Shown: positions 17,079 through 35,125, counted from the first letter of the stretch. The stretch is 64,000 nt of DNA from Eledone cirrhosa (GCA_964016885.1 OZ024741.1:284146001-284210000); one strand, 5' to 3'. Notes: generated by a model from the sequence alone, not told the origin. Numbers and translations: made by a program.

Positions 17079-18254
17079 ATTGGTGTCACTGGAAAGCTGC
17101 TGCAGTGGATCAAGAGCTTCCTGTCAAACAGAACCCAACATGTTGTAGTTGAGGGAGTCAAATCAAGCCCAGCCAAAGTCAGTAGTGGGGTCCCACAAGG
17201 CACTGTGTTGGGCCCACTTCTCTTCATCATCTATATTAATGACATCACTGACATCATCAAACACAGCAACATTAAAATTTTCGCTGATGATTCCAAGCTC
17301 CAAAAGGTCATCAATGGCGTGGATGACCGGATAAGCCTTCAGTCAGACCTACTGGCTGTTACCCAATGGGCAGAAAAGAACAACATGTTACTGAACGAAG
17401 ACAAATTCGAACTGATCCACTTTGGAAAAGAGGATGCTCTGAAACTCCCGTACTCCCTTCCCTCCGGGGAAACTCTCGTGGCATCTAACAACATCAGAGA
17501 CTTGGGAGTAACCGTGGACAGCAACATAAGCTGGACCACGCATATAAGCAGCAAAGTTGACATGGCCCGCAGAATGTGTTCCTGGATCCTCAGAACCTTC
17601 CAGTCGAGAGATTCCCGCACCATTATCCTTCTCTTCTCTACTTTCGCCCGACCACACCTTGAATACTGTTGTCCACTGTGCTCTCCCCACACGAAACAAA
17701 GTATCATGAAACTTGAAGCTCCTCAAAGGGCAATCACGAAAAAGATAGATGGCATGTCAGACCTTGACTACTGGGGTCGATTAGAAAACCTGAAACTTTA
17801 CTCACTCCAACGTCGCCGTGAGCGTTATATTATCTGCATGATGTGGAAAATGTTCCATCATCACTGCCCAAATGATGTTGGCATCGCCTTCAAGATACAC
17901 CCAAGGCTTGGGCCCCGTGCTATCCGTCCCATTCAAAAATCTAAATCGCAACTCATAACAACAATACGGCACAATTATTTCACCCCAATCGGCCCTGCTC
18001 TCTTCAACATCACACCAGGTCACGTCAAAACAGAAACTGACCACACAAAATTCAAGAAGTCTTTGGACAAATTCCTCCAAGTAATCCCGGACAAACCACC
18101 CACACCCGGATATGTCTCCGCAAACAGTAATTCTCTTCTCGAATGGGCCATGGTGCCCAAATCCTGAATTGAAAGACTTCGCCAGGTGGTGCTATTAAGT
18201 TAGACATGGCCTGGGCCAATACTGGCCAAAACATTTCAAAGTTATTCAAAGTTA
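17079..18254 (+). mobile_element. CR1/L2-group non-LTR retrotransposon, 5'-truncated RT fragment with short 3' UTR
   Basis: [67 protein letters not shown], open to the stop at 18167; terminal TTCAAAGTTA x2 at 18235-18254. Confidence 0.9.
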
Positions 18255-18304
18255 TATATATATATACATATATATACATATATATATATATACATATATA
18301 TACA

Positions 18305-18336
<32 letters not shown>

Positions 18337-18356
18337 CATATATACATATATATACA

Positions 18357-18410
<54 letters not shown>
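18255..18410. repeat. (TA)n/(TACA) microsatellite
   Basis: Direct inspection. Confidence 0.97.
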
Positions 18411-18856
18411 AGGGAGCTCTTAAGAGTCAATAGCCATCCAAAATCACCGGGAGAGATGACCCCTTAGCCTTTGTCAAGGCAGAATTCTAGGAGAAGGAAA
18501 ACTCTGATATAACACCTGCAACTCTGATGGTATCCAATGATGTTGACTTGTTCTTCTTTTTGGTAAATATCATCTTGGTTAAGAGAGTGGGACTGGCTTT
18601 GTGCAGTGCCTTTGCTCACTATAAAAGCTTCACAGCACAGGCATTGCTTTATATCTGGAGATCTCTCTGCACTTGTCATCACATGGTACCATGGGCCCTG
18701 CACTATGTGTCAATAATGGTCACAAGTGTAGTCTTTGTGCCAGAGTTTTCAAGTCGCTGGCTGGACTAAAGTCACATTCGTTCAGCGCATCGGTAGGGGT
18801 TCTCCTACATGGATATAAAGTAGTGGCCGTACTCGAAAACGAGTTGGCAGCCACCA
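18411..18856 (+). mobile_element. Non-autonomous RTE-derived element, copy 1 (5'-truncated)
   Basis: Near-identical to 19326-19770; contains the C2H2-like remnant [17 protein letters not shown] and a 3' hairpin ACTCGAAAACGAGT before the AT-rich tail. Confidence 0.65.
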
Positions 18857-19160
<304 letters not shown>

Positions 19161-19770
19161 CATGTCAGGTCACCAGTTGGTGCTACTGGTAACATGTATC
19201 CCAGTACAACCTGTCCCATGGTCGGGTCGTTGGCGACTAAACTGGCAACCCCACCAAGGTTTCTTGGTGAGGAGGGTGACTTTGGACATCCTGCAGGACT
19301 AAAAACAAAACCTGTCAAAGGGCAAAGGAGCTCTTAAGAGTCAATGGCCATCCAAAATCACCGGGAGAGATGACCCCTTAGCCTTTGTCAAGGCAGAATT
19401 CTAGGAGAAGGAAAACTCTGATATAACACCTGCAACCCTGATGGTATCCAATGATGTTGACTTGTTCTTCTTTTTGGTAAATATCATCTTAGTTAAGAGA
19501 GTGGGACTGGCTTTGTGCAGTGCCTTTGCTCACTATAAAAGCTTCACGGCACAGGCATTGCTTTATATCTGGAGATCTCTCTGCACTTGTCGTCACATGG
19601 TACCATGGGCCCAGCACTATGTGTCAATAATTGTCACAAGTGTAGTGTTTGTACCAGTTTTCAAGTCGCTGGCTGAGACTAAAAAGTCACACTCGTTCAG
19701 CGCATCGGTAGGGGTTCTCCTACATGGATATAGAGTAGTGGCCGTACTCGAAAACGAGTTGGCAGCCACC
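19161..19770 (+). mobile_element. Non-autonomous RTE-derived element, copy 2 (~610 bp, longer 5' end)
   Basis: Direct repeat of 18413-18855 plus ~165 bp extra 5' sequence; AGGAGAAGGAAAACTCTGAT resembles RTE 5' UTRs as recalled; no RT coding sequence. Confidence 0.65.
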
Positions 19771-20365
<595 letters not shown>

Positions 20366-20424
20366 TTCGTTTCTGAATTTGTTTAGCAAGATTCTTTATC
20401 TGAAATCGTGTGTTGAAACCGATA

Positions 20425-20523
20425 TTGTTATACTTTGGGAGGGTCATGTTGCCAATAAGAAACACACGCACCACTGGTGCGTGTGTTTCTTATTGGCAAC
20501 ATGACCCTCCCAAAGTATAACAA
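20425..20523. repeat. Perfect palindrome (49-bp arms, 1-nt spacer at 20474) at contig end
   Basis: TTGTTATAC...CACGCACCA-C-TGGTGCGTG...GTATAACAA. Confidence 0.95.
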
Positions 20524-20723
20524 NNNNNNNNNNNNNNNNNNNNNNNNNNNNNNNNNNNNNNNNNNNNNNNNNNNNNNNNNNNNNNNNNNNNNNNNNNNNN
20601 NNNNNNNNNNNNNNNNNNNNNNNNNNNNNNNNNNNNNNNNNNNNNNNNNNNNNNNNNNNNNNNNNNNNNNNNNNNNNNNNNNNNNNNNNNNNNNNNNNNN
20701 NNNNNNNNNNNNNNNNNNNNNNN
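20524..20723. other. Assembly gap (200 N)
   Basis: Run of N. Confidence 1.
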
Positions 20724-21352
20724 AGAAGGATATCATTCATACAGAGATAGTGCTCTTCTCTCACACACACACACACACATCCACACATACATACAAGGAA
20801 GGATATCATTCATACAGAGATAGTGCTCTTCTCTCACACACACACACACACATCCACACATACATACAAGGAAGGATATCATTCATACAGAGATAGTGCT
20901 CTTCTCTCTCACACACATACACACACATCCACACATACATACAAGGAAGGATATCATTCATACAGAGATAGTGCTCTTCTCTCTCACACACATACACACA
21001 CATCCACACATACATACAAGGAAGGATATCATTCATACAGAGATAGTGCTCTTCTCTCACACACACACACACACATCCACACATACATACAAGGAAGGAT
21101 ATCATTCATACAGAGATAGTGCTCTTCTCTCTCACACACATACACACACATCCACACATACATACAAGGAAGGATATCATTCATACAGAGATAGTGCTCT
21201 TCTCTCTCACACACACACACACATCCACACATACATACAAGGAAGGATATCATTCATACAGAGATAGTGCTCTTCTCTCTCTCTCACACACACACACACA
21301 CATCCACACATACATACAAGGAAGGATATCATTCATACAGAGATAGTGCTCT

Positions 21353-21385
<33 letters not shown>

Positions 21386-22972
21386 TACATACAAGGAAGG
21401 ATATCATTCATACAGAGATAGTGCTCTTCTCTCACACACACACACACACATCCACACATACATACAAGGAAGGATATCATTCATACAGAGATAGTGCTCT
21501 TCTCTCTCTCACACACACACACATCCACACATACATACAAGGAAGGATATCATTCATACAGAGATAGTGCTCTTCTCTCTCACACACTACACACACATCC
21601 ACACATACATACAAGGAAGGATATCATTCATACAGAGATAGTGCTCTTCTCTCTCACACACATACACACACATCCACACATACATACAAGGAAGGATATC
21701 ATTCATACAGAGATAGTGCTCTTCTCTCTCACACACACACACACACATCCACACATACATACAAGGAAGGATATCATTCATACAGAGATAGTGCTCTTCT
21801 CTCTCACACACACACACACATCCACACATACATACAAGGAAGGATATCATTCATACAGAGATAGTGCTCTTCTCTCTCTCACACACACACACACCCACAC
21901 ATACATACAAGGAAGGATATCATTCATACAGAGATAGTGCTCTTCTCTCACACACACACACACACATCCACACATACATACAAGGAAGGATATCATTCAT
22001 ACAGAGATAGTGCTCTTCTCTCTCACACACACACACACACATCCACACATACATACAAGGAAGGATATCATTCATACAGAGATAGTGCTCTTCTCTCTCT
22101 CACACACACACACACCACACATACATACAAGGAAGGATATCATTCATACAGAGATAGTGCTCTTCTCTCACACACACACACACACATCCACACATACATA
22201 CAAGGAAGGATATCATTCATACAGAGATAGTGCTCTTCTCTCACACACACACACATCCACACATACATACAAGGAAGGATATCATTCATACAGAGATAGT
22301 GCTCTTCTCTCACACACATACACACACATCCACACATACATACAAGGAAGGATATCATTCATACAGAGATAGTGCTCTTCTCTCTCACACACATACACAC
22401 ACATCCACACATACATACAAGGAAGGATATCATTCATACAGAGATAGTGCTCTTCTCTCTCACACACATACACACACATCCACACATACATACAAGGAAG
22501 GATATCATTCATACAGAGATAGTGCTCTTCTCTCACACACACACACACACATCCACACATACATACAAGGAAGGATATCATTCATACAGAGATAGTGCTC
22601 TTCTCTCACACACACACACACACATCCACACATACATACAAGGAAGGATATCATTCATACAGAGATAGTGCTCTTCTCTCACACACACACACACACATCC
22701 ACACATACATACAAGGAAGGATATCATTCATACAGAGATAGTGCTCTTCTCTCTCACACACATACACACACATCCACACATACATACAAGGAAGGATATC
22801 ATTCATACAGAGATAGTGCTCTTCTCTCACACACACACACACACATCCACACATACATACAAGGAAGGATATCATTCATACAGAGATAGTGCTCTTCTCT
22901 CTCTCACACACACACACACACATCCACACATACATACAAGGAAGGATATCATTCATACAGAGATAGTGCTCT

Positions 22973-23005
<33 letters not shown>

Positions 23006-26000
23006 TACATACAAGGAAGGATATCATTCATACAGAGATAGTGCTCTTCTCTCACACACACACACACACATCCACACATACATACAAGGAAGGATATCAT
23101 TCATACAGAGATAGTGCTCTTCTCTCTCACACACATACACACACATCCACACATACATACAAGGAAGGATATCATTCATACAGAGATAGTGCTCTTCTCT
23201 CTCACACACATACACACACATCCACACATACATACAAGGAAGGATATCATTCATACAGAGATAGTGCTCTTCTCTCTCACACACACACACACATCCACAC
23301 ATACATACAAGGAAGGATATCATTCATACAGAGATAGTGCTCTTCTCTCTCACACACACACACACACATCCACACATACATACAAGGAAGGATATCATTC
23401 ATACAGAGATAGTGCTCTTCTCTCTCACACACACACACACATCCACACATACATACAAGGAAGGATATCATTCATACAGAGATAGTGCTCTTCTCACACA
23501 CACACACACACACATCCACACACACACACACACATACATACAAGGAAGGATATCATTCATACAGAGATAGTGCTCTTCTCTCACACACACACACACACAC
23601 ACACGCACACATACATACAAGGAAGGATATCATTCATACAGAGATAGTGCTCTTCTCTCACACACACACACACACATCCACACATACATACAAGGAAGGA
23701 TATCATTCATACAGAGATAGTGCTCTTCTCTCACACACACACACACACATCCACACATACACACATACATACAAGGAAGGATATCATTCATACAGAGATA
23801 GTGCCCTTCTCTCTCTCACACACACACACACATACAAGGAAGGATATCATTCATACAGAGATAGTGCTCTTCTCTCACACACACACACACACATCCACAC
23901 ATACACACATACAAGGAAGGATATCATTCATACAGAGATAGTGCTCTTCTCTCTCACACACACACACACACATCCACACATACATACAAGGAAGGATATC
24001 ATTCATACAGAGATAGTGCTCTTCTCTCTCACACACACACACACACATCCACACATACATACAAGGAAGGATATCATTCATACAGAGATAGTGCTCTTCT
24101 CTCTCACACACACACACACACATCCACACATACATACAAGGAAGGATATCATTCATACAGAGATAGTGCTCTTCTCTCTCTCTCACACACACACACCCAC
24201 ACATACATACACAGAAGGATATCATTCATACAGAGATAGTGCTCTTCTCTCACACACACACACACACATCCACACATACATACAAGGAAGGATATCATTC
24301 ATACAGAGATAGTGCTCTTCTCTCACACACACACACACACATCCACACATACATACAAGGAAGGATATCATTCATACAGAGATAGTGCTCTTCTCTCACA
24401 CACATACACACACATCCACACATACATACAAGGAAGGATATCATTCATACAGAGATAGTGCTCTTCTCTCTCACACACATACACACACATCCACACATAC
24501 ATACAAGGAAGGATATCATTCATACAGAGATAGTGCTCTTCTCTCTCACACACATACACACACATCCACACATACATACAAGGAAGGATATCATTCATAC
24601 AGAGATAGTGCTCTTCTCTCACACACACACACACACATCCACACATACATACAAGGAAGGATATCATTCATACAGAGATAGTGCTCTTCTCTCACACACA
24701 CACACACACATCCACACATACATACAAGGAAGGATATCATTCATACAGAGATAGTGCTCTTCTCTCACACACACACACACACATCCACACATACATACAA
24801 GGAAGGATATCATTCATACAGAGATAGTGCTCTTCTCTCTCACACACATACACACACATCCACACATACATACAAGGAAGGATATCATTCATACAGAGAT
24901 AGTGCTCTTCTCTCACACACACACACACACATCCACACATACATACAAGGAAGGATATCATTCATACAGAGATAGTGCTCTTCTCTCTCTCACACACACA
25001 CACACACATCCACACATCCATACAAGGAAGGATATCATTCATACAGAGATAGTGCTCTTCTCTCTCACACACACACACACACCACACATACATACAAGGA
25101 AGGATATCATTCATACAGAGATAGTGCTCTTCTCTCACACACACACACACACATCCACACATACATACAAGGAAGGATATCATTCATACAGAGATAGTGC
25201 TCTTCTCTCTCACACACACACACATACATCACATACATACAAGGAAGGATATCATTCATACAGAGATAGTGCTCTTCTCTCTCACACACACACACACATC
25301 CACACATACATACAAGGAAGGATATCATTCATACAGAGATAGTGCTCTTCTCTCACACACACACACACACATCCACACATACATACAAGGAAGGATATCA
25401 TTCATACAGAGATAGTGCTCTTCTCTCACACACACACACACACATACACACATACATACAAGGAAGGATATCATTCATACAGAGATAGTGCTCTTCTCAC
25501 ACACACACACACACACATCCACACATCCACACATACATACAAGGAAGGATATCATTCATACAGAGATAGTGCTCTTCTCTCACACACACACACACACATC
25601 CACACATACATACAAGGAAGGATATCATTCATACAGAGATAGTGCTCTTCTCTCACACACACACACACACATACACACATACATACAAGGAAGGATATCA
25701 TTCATACAGAGATAGTGCTCTTCTCTCACACACACACACACACATCCACACATCCACACATACATACAAGGAAGGATATCATTCATACAGAGATAGTGCT
25801 CTTCTCTCACACACACACACACACATCCACACATACATACAAGGAAGGATATCATTCATACAGAGATAGTGCCCTTCTCTCACACACACACACACACACA
25901 TCCACACATACATACAAGGAAGGATATCATTCATACAGAGATAGTGCTCTTCTCTCACACACACACACACACATCCACACATACATACAAGGAAGGATAT

Positions 26001-27283
26001 CATTCATACAGAGATAGTGCTCTTCTCTCTCACACACACACACACACATCCACACATACATACAAGGAAGGATATCATTCATACAGAGATAGTGCTCTTC
26101 TCTCTCACACACACACACACACACATCCACACATACATACAAGGAAGGATATCATTCATACAGAGATAGTGCTCTTCTCTCTCTCACACACACACACACA
26201 CACATCCACACATACATACAAGGAAGGATATCATTCATACAGAGATAGTGCTCTTCTCTCTCACACACACACACACACATCCACACATACATACAAGGAA
26301 GGATATCATTCATACAGAGATAGTGCTCTTCTCTCACACACACACACACATCCACACATACATACAAGGAAGGATATCATTCATACAGAGATAGTGGTCT
26401 TCTCTCTCACACACACACACACATCCACACATACATACAAGGAAGGATATCATTCATACAGAGATAGTGCTCTTCTCTCACACACACACACACACACACA
26501 CACATCCACACATACATTCAAGGAAGGATATCATTGATACAGAGATAGTGCTCTTCTCTCACACACACACACATCCACACATACATACAAGGAAGGATAT
26601 CATTCATACAGAGATAGTGCTCTTCTCTCTCACACACACACACACATCCACACATACATACAAGGAAGGATATCATTCATACAGAGATAGTGCTCTTCTC
26701 TCACACACACACACACACACACATCCACACATACATACAAGGAAGGATATCATTCATACAGAGATAGTGCTCTTCTCTCACACACACACACATCCACACA
26801 TCCACACATCCATACAAGGAAGGATATCATTCATACAAAGATAGTGCTCTTCTCTCTCTCACACACACACACACATCCACACATACATACAAGGAAGGAT
26901 ATCATTCATACAGAGATAGTGCTCTTCTCTCTCTCTCACACACACACACATCCACACACACATACACACATCCACACATACATACAAGGAAGGATATCAT
27001 TCATACAGAGATAGTGCTCTTCTCTCTCTCTCACACACACACACATCCACACACACACACACACATCCACACATCCATACAAGGAAGGATATCATTCATA
27101 CAGAGATAGTGCTCTTCTCTCTCTCTCACACACACACACATCCACACACACACACACACATCCACACATCCATACAAGGAAGGATATCATTCATACAGAG
27201 ATAGTGATCTTCTCTCACACACACACACACACATCCACACATACATACAAGGAAGGATATCATTCATACAGAGATAGTGCTCT

Positions 27284-27316
<33 letters not shown>

Positions 27317-27366
27317 TCCACACATACATACAAGGAAGGATATCATTCATACAGAGATAGTGCTCT

Positions 27367-27400
<34 letters not shown>

Positions 27401-30097
27401 ATCCACACATACATACAAGGAAGGATATCATTCATACAGTGATAGTGCTCTTCTCTCACACACACACATCCACACATACATACAAGGAAGGATATCATTC
27501 ATACAGTGATAGTGCTCTTCTCTCACACACACACATCCACACATACATACAAGGAAGGATATCATTCATACAGAGATAGTGATCTTCTCTCTCACACACA
27601 CACACACATCCACACATACATACAAGGAAGGATATCATTCATACAGAGATAGTGCTCTTCTCACACACACACACACATCCACACATACATACAAGGAAGG
27701 ATATCATTCATACAGAGATAGTGCTCTTCTCTCACACACATACACACACATCCACACATACATACAAGGAAGGATATCATTCATACAGAGATAGTGCTCT
27801 TCTCTCTCTCTCACACACACACACATCCACACATACATACAAGGAAGGATATCATTCATACAGAGATAGTGCTCTTCTCTCTCTCACACACACACACACA
27901 TCCACACATCCATACAAGGAAGGATATCATTCATACAGAGATAGTGTTCTTCTCTCACACACATACACACACATCCACACATACATACAAGGAAGGATAT
28001 CATTCATACAGAGATAGTGCTCTTCTCTCTCTCTCACACACACACACACTCACACATACATACAAGGAAGGATATCATTCATACAGAGATAGTGCTCTTC
28101 TCTCACACACACACACACACATCCACACATACATACAAGGAAGGATATCATTCATACAGAGATAGTGCTCTTCTCTCACACACACACACACACATCCACA
28201 CATACATACAAGGAAGGATATCATTCATACAGAGATAGTGCTCTTCTCTCTCTCACACACACACACACATCCACACATCCATACAAGGAAGGATATCATT
28301 CATACAGAGATAGTGCTCTTCTCTCTCACACACACACACACATCCACACATACACACAAGGAAGGATATCATTCATACAGAGATAGTGCTCTTCTCTCTC
28401 ACACACACACACACATCCACACATACATACAAGGAAGGATATCATTCATACAGAGATAGTGCTCTTCTCTCTCTCTCACACAAACACACATCCACACATA
28501 CATACAAGGAAGGATATCATTCATACAGAGATAGTGCTCTTCTCTCTCTCTCACACACACACACATCCACACATACATACAAGGAAGGATATCATTCATA
28601 CAGAGATAGTGCTCTTCTCTCTCTCTCACACACACACACACACATCCACACATCCATACAAGGAAGGATATCATTCATACAGAGATAGTGCCCTTCTCTC
28701 TCTCACACACACACACACATACAAGGAAGGATATCATTCATACAGAGATAGTGCTCTTCTCTCACACACACACACACACATCCACACATACACACATACA
28801 AGGAAGGATATCATTCATACAGAGATAATGCTCTTCTCTCTCTCTCACACACACACACATCCACACATACATACAAGGAAGGATATCATTCATACAGAGA
28901 TAGTGCCCTTCTCTCTCTCACACACACACACACATCCACACACACATACAAGGAAGGATATCATTCATACAGAGATAGTGCTCTTCTCTCTCTCTCACAC
29001 ACACACATCCACACACACATACAAGGAAGGATATCATTCATACAGAGATAGTGCTCTTCTCACACACACACACACACATCCACACTTACATACAAGGAAG
29101 GATATCATTCATACAGAGATAGTGCTCTTCTCTCTCTCACACACACACACACATCCACACACACATACAAGGAAGGATATCATTCATACAGTGATAGTGC
29201 TCTTCTCACACACACACACACACATCCACACATACATACAAGGAAGGATATCATTCATACAGAGATAGTGCTCTTCTCTCTCTCACACACACACACACAT
29301 CCACACACACATACAAGGAAGGATATCATTCATACAGAGATAGTGCTCTTCTCACACACACACACACACATCCACACATACATACAAGGAAGGATATCAT
29401 TCATACAGAGATAGTGCTCTTCTCTCTCACACACACACACACATCCACACATACACACATACATACAAGGAAGGATATCATTCATACAGTGATAGTGCTC
29501 TTCTCACACACACACACACACACATCCACACATACATACAAGGAAGGATATCATTCATACAGAGATAGTGCCCTTCTCTCTCACACACACACACACATCC
29601 ACACATACATACAAGGAAGGATATCATTCATACAGAGATAGTGCTCTTCTCACACACACACACACACACATCCACACATCCACACATACATACAAGGAAG
29701 GATATCATTCATACAGAGATAGTGCTCTTCTCTCACACACACACACACACATCCACACATACATACAAGGAAGGATATCATTCATACAGAGATAGTGCTC
29801 TTCTCTCACACACACACACACACATACACACATACATACAAGGAAGGATATCATTCATACAGAGGTAGTGCTCTTCTCTCTCTCACACACACACACATCC
29901 ACACATACATACAAGGAAGGATATCATTCATACAGAGATAGTGCTCTTCTCTCTCACACACACACACACACATCCACACATACATACAAGGAAGGATATC
30001 ATTCATACAGAGATAGTGCTCTTCTCTCTCACACACACACACACACATCCACACATACATACAAGGAAGGATATCATTAATACAGAGACAGTGCTCT

Positions 30098-30128
<31 letters not shown>

Positions 30129-30549
30129 TCCACACATACATTCAAGGAAGGATATCATTGATACAGAGATAGTGCTCTTCTCTCACACACACACACATCC
30201 ACACATCCACACATCCATACAAGGAAGGATATCATTCATACAAAGATAGTGCTCTTCTCTCTCTCACACACACACACACATCCACACATACATACAAGGA
30301 AGGATATCATTCATACAGAGATAGTGCTCTTCTCTCTCTCACACACACACACATCCACACATACATACAAGGAAGGATATCATTCATACAGAGATAGTGC
30401 TCTTCTCTCACACACACACACACACAACCACACATACATACAAGGAAGGATATCATTCATACAGAGATAGTGCTCTTCTCTCACACACACACACACACAT
30501 CCACACATCCATACAAGGAAGGATATCATTCATACAGAGATAGTGCTCT

Positions 30550-30580
<31 letters not shown>

Positions 30581-30770
30581 TCCACACATACATACAAGGA
30601 AGGATATCATTCATACAGTGATAGTGCTCTTCTCTCACACACACACATCCACACATACATACAAGGAAGGATATCATTCATACAGAGATAGTGCTCTTCT
30701 CTCACACACACACACACACATCCACACATACATACAAGGAGGGATATCATTCATACAGAGATAGTGCTCT

Positions 30771-30802
<32 letters not shown>

Positions 30803-31218
30803 ATACATACAAGGAAGGATATCATTCATACAGAGATAGTGCTCTTCTCTCACACACATACACACACATCCACACATACATACAAGGAAGGATATCATTC
30901 ATACAGAGATAGTGCTCTTCTCTCTCTCTCACACACACACACATCCACACATACATACAAGGAAGGATATCATTCATACAGAGATAGTGCTCTTCTCTCT
31001 CTCTCACACACACACACATCCACACATACATACAAGGAAGGATATCATTCATACAGAGATAGTGCTCTTCTCTCTCTCTCACACACACACACATCCACAC
31101 ATACATACAAGGAAGGATATCATTCATACAGAGATAGTGCTCTTCTCTCTCTCTCACACACACACACATCCACACATACATACAAGGAAGGATATCATTC
31201 ATACAGAGATAGTGCTCT

Positions 31219-31250
<32 letters not shown>

Positions 31251-31368
31251 ATACATACAAGGAAGGATATCATTCATACAGAGATAGTGCTCTTCTCTCT
31301 CTCTCACACACACACACATCCACACATACATACAAGGAAGGATATCATTCATACAGAGATAGTGCTCT

Positions 31369-31400
<32 letters not shown>

Positions 31401-32615
31401 ATACATACAAGGAAGGATATCATTCATACAGAGATAGTGCTCTTCTCACACACACACACACATCCACACACACATACAAGGAAGGATATCATTCATACAG
31501 AGATAGTGCTCTTCTCTCACACACACACATCCACACATACATACAAGGAAGGATATCATTCATACAGAGATAGTGCTCTTCTCACACACACACACACATC
31601 CACACATACATACAAGGAAGGATATCATTTATACAGAGATAGTGCTCTTCTCTCACACACATACACACACATCCACACATACATACAAGGAAGGATATCA
31701 TTCATACAGAGATAGTGCTCTTCTCTCACACACACACACACACATCCACACATACATACAAGGAAGGATATCATTCATACAGAGATAGTGCTCTTCTCTC
31801 ACACACACACACACACACATCCACACATACATACAAGGAAGGATATCATTCATACAGAGATAGTGCTCTTCTCTCTCACACACACACACACATCCACACA
31901 TACATACAAGGAAGGATATCATTCATACAGAGATAGTGCTCTTCTCTCTCTCTCACACACACACACACACACTTCCACACATCCATACAAGGAAGGATAT
32001 CATTCATACAGAGATAGTGCTCTTCTCTCTCACACACACACACACATCCACACATACATACAAGGAAGGATATCATTCATACAGAGATAGTGCTCTTCTC
32101 TCACACACACACACACACATCCACACATACATACAAGGAAGGATATCATTCATACAGAGATAGTGCTCTTCTCTCTCTCTCACACACACACACATCCACA
32201 CATACATACAAGGAAGGATATCATTCATACAGTGATAGTGCTCTTCTCTCTCACACACACACACACATCCACACATACATACAAGGAAGGATATCATTCA
32301 TACAGAGATAGTGCTCTTCTCTCACACACACACACACACATCCACACATACATACAAGGAAGGATATCATTCATACAGAGATAGTGCTCTTCTCTCTCTC
32401 TCACACACACACACATCCACACATACATACAAGGAAGGATATCATTCATACAGAGATAGTGCTCTTCTCTCTCTCTCACACACACACACATCCACACATA
32501 CATACAAGGAAGGATATCATTCATACAGAGATAGTGCTCTTCTCTCTCTCTCACACACACACACATCCACACATACATACACAGAAGGATATCATTCATA
32601 CAGAGATAGTGCTCT

Positions 32616-32646
<31 letters not shown>

Positions 32647-34567
32647 TCCACACATCCATACAAGGAAGGATATCATTCATACAGAGATAGTGCTCTTCTC
32701 TCTCACACACACACACACACACATCCACACATCCATACAAGGAAGGATATCATTCATACAGAGATAGTGCTCTACTCTCACACACACACACACACACACA
32801 CACATCCACACATACATACAAGGAAGGATATCATTCATACAGAGATAGTGCTCTTCTCTCTCACACACACAGACATCCACACATACATACAAGGAAGGAT
32901 ATCATTCATACAGAGATAGTGCTCTTCTCTCACACACACACACACACACATCCACACATACATACAAGGAAGGATATCATTCATACAGAGATAGTGCTCT
33001 TCTCTCACACACAAACACACACACATCCACACATACATACAAGGAAGGATATCATTCATACAGAGATAGTGCTCTTCTCTCACACACATACACACACATC
33101 CACACATACATACAAGGAAGGATATCATTCATACAGAGATAGTGCTCTTCTCTCTCACACACACACACACATCCACACATACATACAAGGAAGGATATCA
33201 TTCATACAGAGATAGTGCTCTTCTCTCTCTCACACACACACACACATCCACACATCCAAACAAGGAAGGATATCATTCATACAGAGATAATGCTCTTCTC
33301 TCTCACACACACACACACATCCACACATACATACAAGGAGGGATATCATTCATACAGAGATAGTGCTCTTCTCTCTCACACACACACATCCACACAAACA
33401 TACAAGGAAGGATATCATTCATACAGAGATAGTGCTCTTCTCTCTCACACACACACACACATCCACACATACATACAAGGAAGGATATCATTCATACAGA
33501 GATAGTGCTCTTCTCTCTCACACACACACACATCCACACATACATACAAGGAAGGATATCATTCATACAGAGATAGTGCTCTTCTCTCTCTCACACACAC
33601 ACACACACATCCACACAAACATACAAGGAAGGATATCATTCATACAGAGATAGTGCTCTTCTCTCTCTCACACACACACACACACATCCACACATACATA
33701 CAAGGAAGGATATCATTCATACAGAGATAGTGCTCTTCTCTCTCACACACACACACATACACACATACATACAAGGAAGGATATCATTCATACAGAGATA
33801 GTGCTCTTCTCTCTCTCACACACACACACACACATCCACACAAACATACAAGGAAGGATATCATTCATACAGAGATAGTGCTCTTCTCTCTCTCACACAC
33901 ACACACACACATCCACACATACATACAAGGAAGGATATCATTCATACAGAGATAGTGCTCTTCTCTCTCACACACACACACATCCACACATACATACAAG
34001 GAAGGATATCATTCATACAGAGATAGTGCTCTTCTCTCTCTCACACACACACACACACATCCACACACACATACAAGGAAGGATATCATTCATACAGAGA
34101 TAGTGCTCTTCTCTCACACACACACACACACATCCACACATACATACAAGGAAGGATATCATTCATACAGAGATAGTGCTCTTCTCTCTCACACACACAC
34201 ACACACATCCACACATCCACACAAACATACAAGGAAGGATATCATTCATACAGAGATAGTGCTCTTCTCTCTCTCACACACACACACACACATCCACACA
34301 TACATACAAGGAAGGATATCATTCATACAGAGATAGTGCTCTTCTCTCTCACACACACACACACATCCACACATACATACAAGGAAGGATATCATTCATA
34401 CAGAGATAGTGCTCTTCTCTCTCACACACATCCACACATCCACACAAACATACAAGGAAGGATATCATTCATACAGAGATAGTGCTCTTCTCTCACACAC
34501 ACACACACACACACACATGCACACAAACATACAAGGAAGGATATCATTCATACAGAGATAGTGCTCT

Positions 34568-34598
<31 letters not shown>

Positions 34599-35019
34599 TA
34601 CATATAAGGAAGGATATCATTCATACAGAGATAGTGCTCTTCTCTCTCTCACACACACCCACACACACACATCCATACAAGGAAGGATATCATTCATACA
34701 GAGATAGTGCTCTTCTCTCTCTCTCACACACACACACACACATCCACACATACATACAAGGAAGGATATCATTCATACAGAGATAGTGCTCTTCTCTCTC
34801 ACACACACACACACATCCACACATACATACAAGGAAGGATATTATTCATACAGAGATAGTGCTCTTCTCTCTCTCTCACACACACACACACATCCACACA
34901 TCCATACAAGGAAGGATATCATTCATACAGAGATAGTGCTCTTCTCTCACACACACACACACACACACATCCACACATCCATACAAGGAAGGATATCATT
35001 CATACAGAGATAGTGCTCT

Positions 35020-35050
<31 letters not shown>

Positions 35051-35092
35051 TACATATAAGGAAGGATATCATTCATACAGAGATAGTGCTCT

Positions 35093-35125
<33 letters not shown>

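Noticed and set aside
20793-20810. Similarity of the satellite AGGAAGGATATC to the RTE motif AGGAAGGGCATCC
   Set aside because: Too short and mismatched to support a shared origin.
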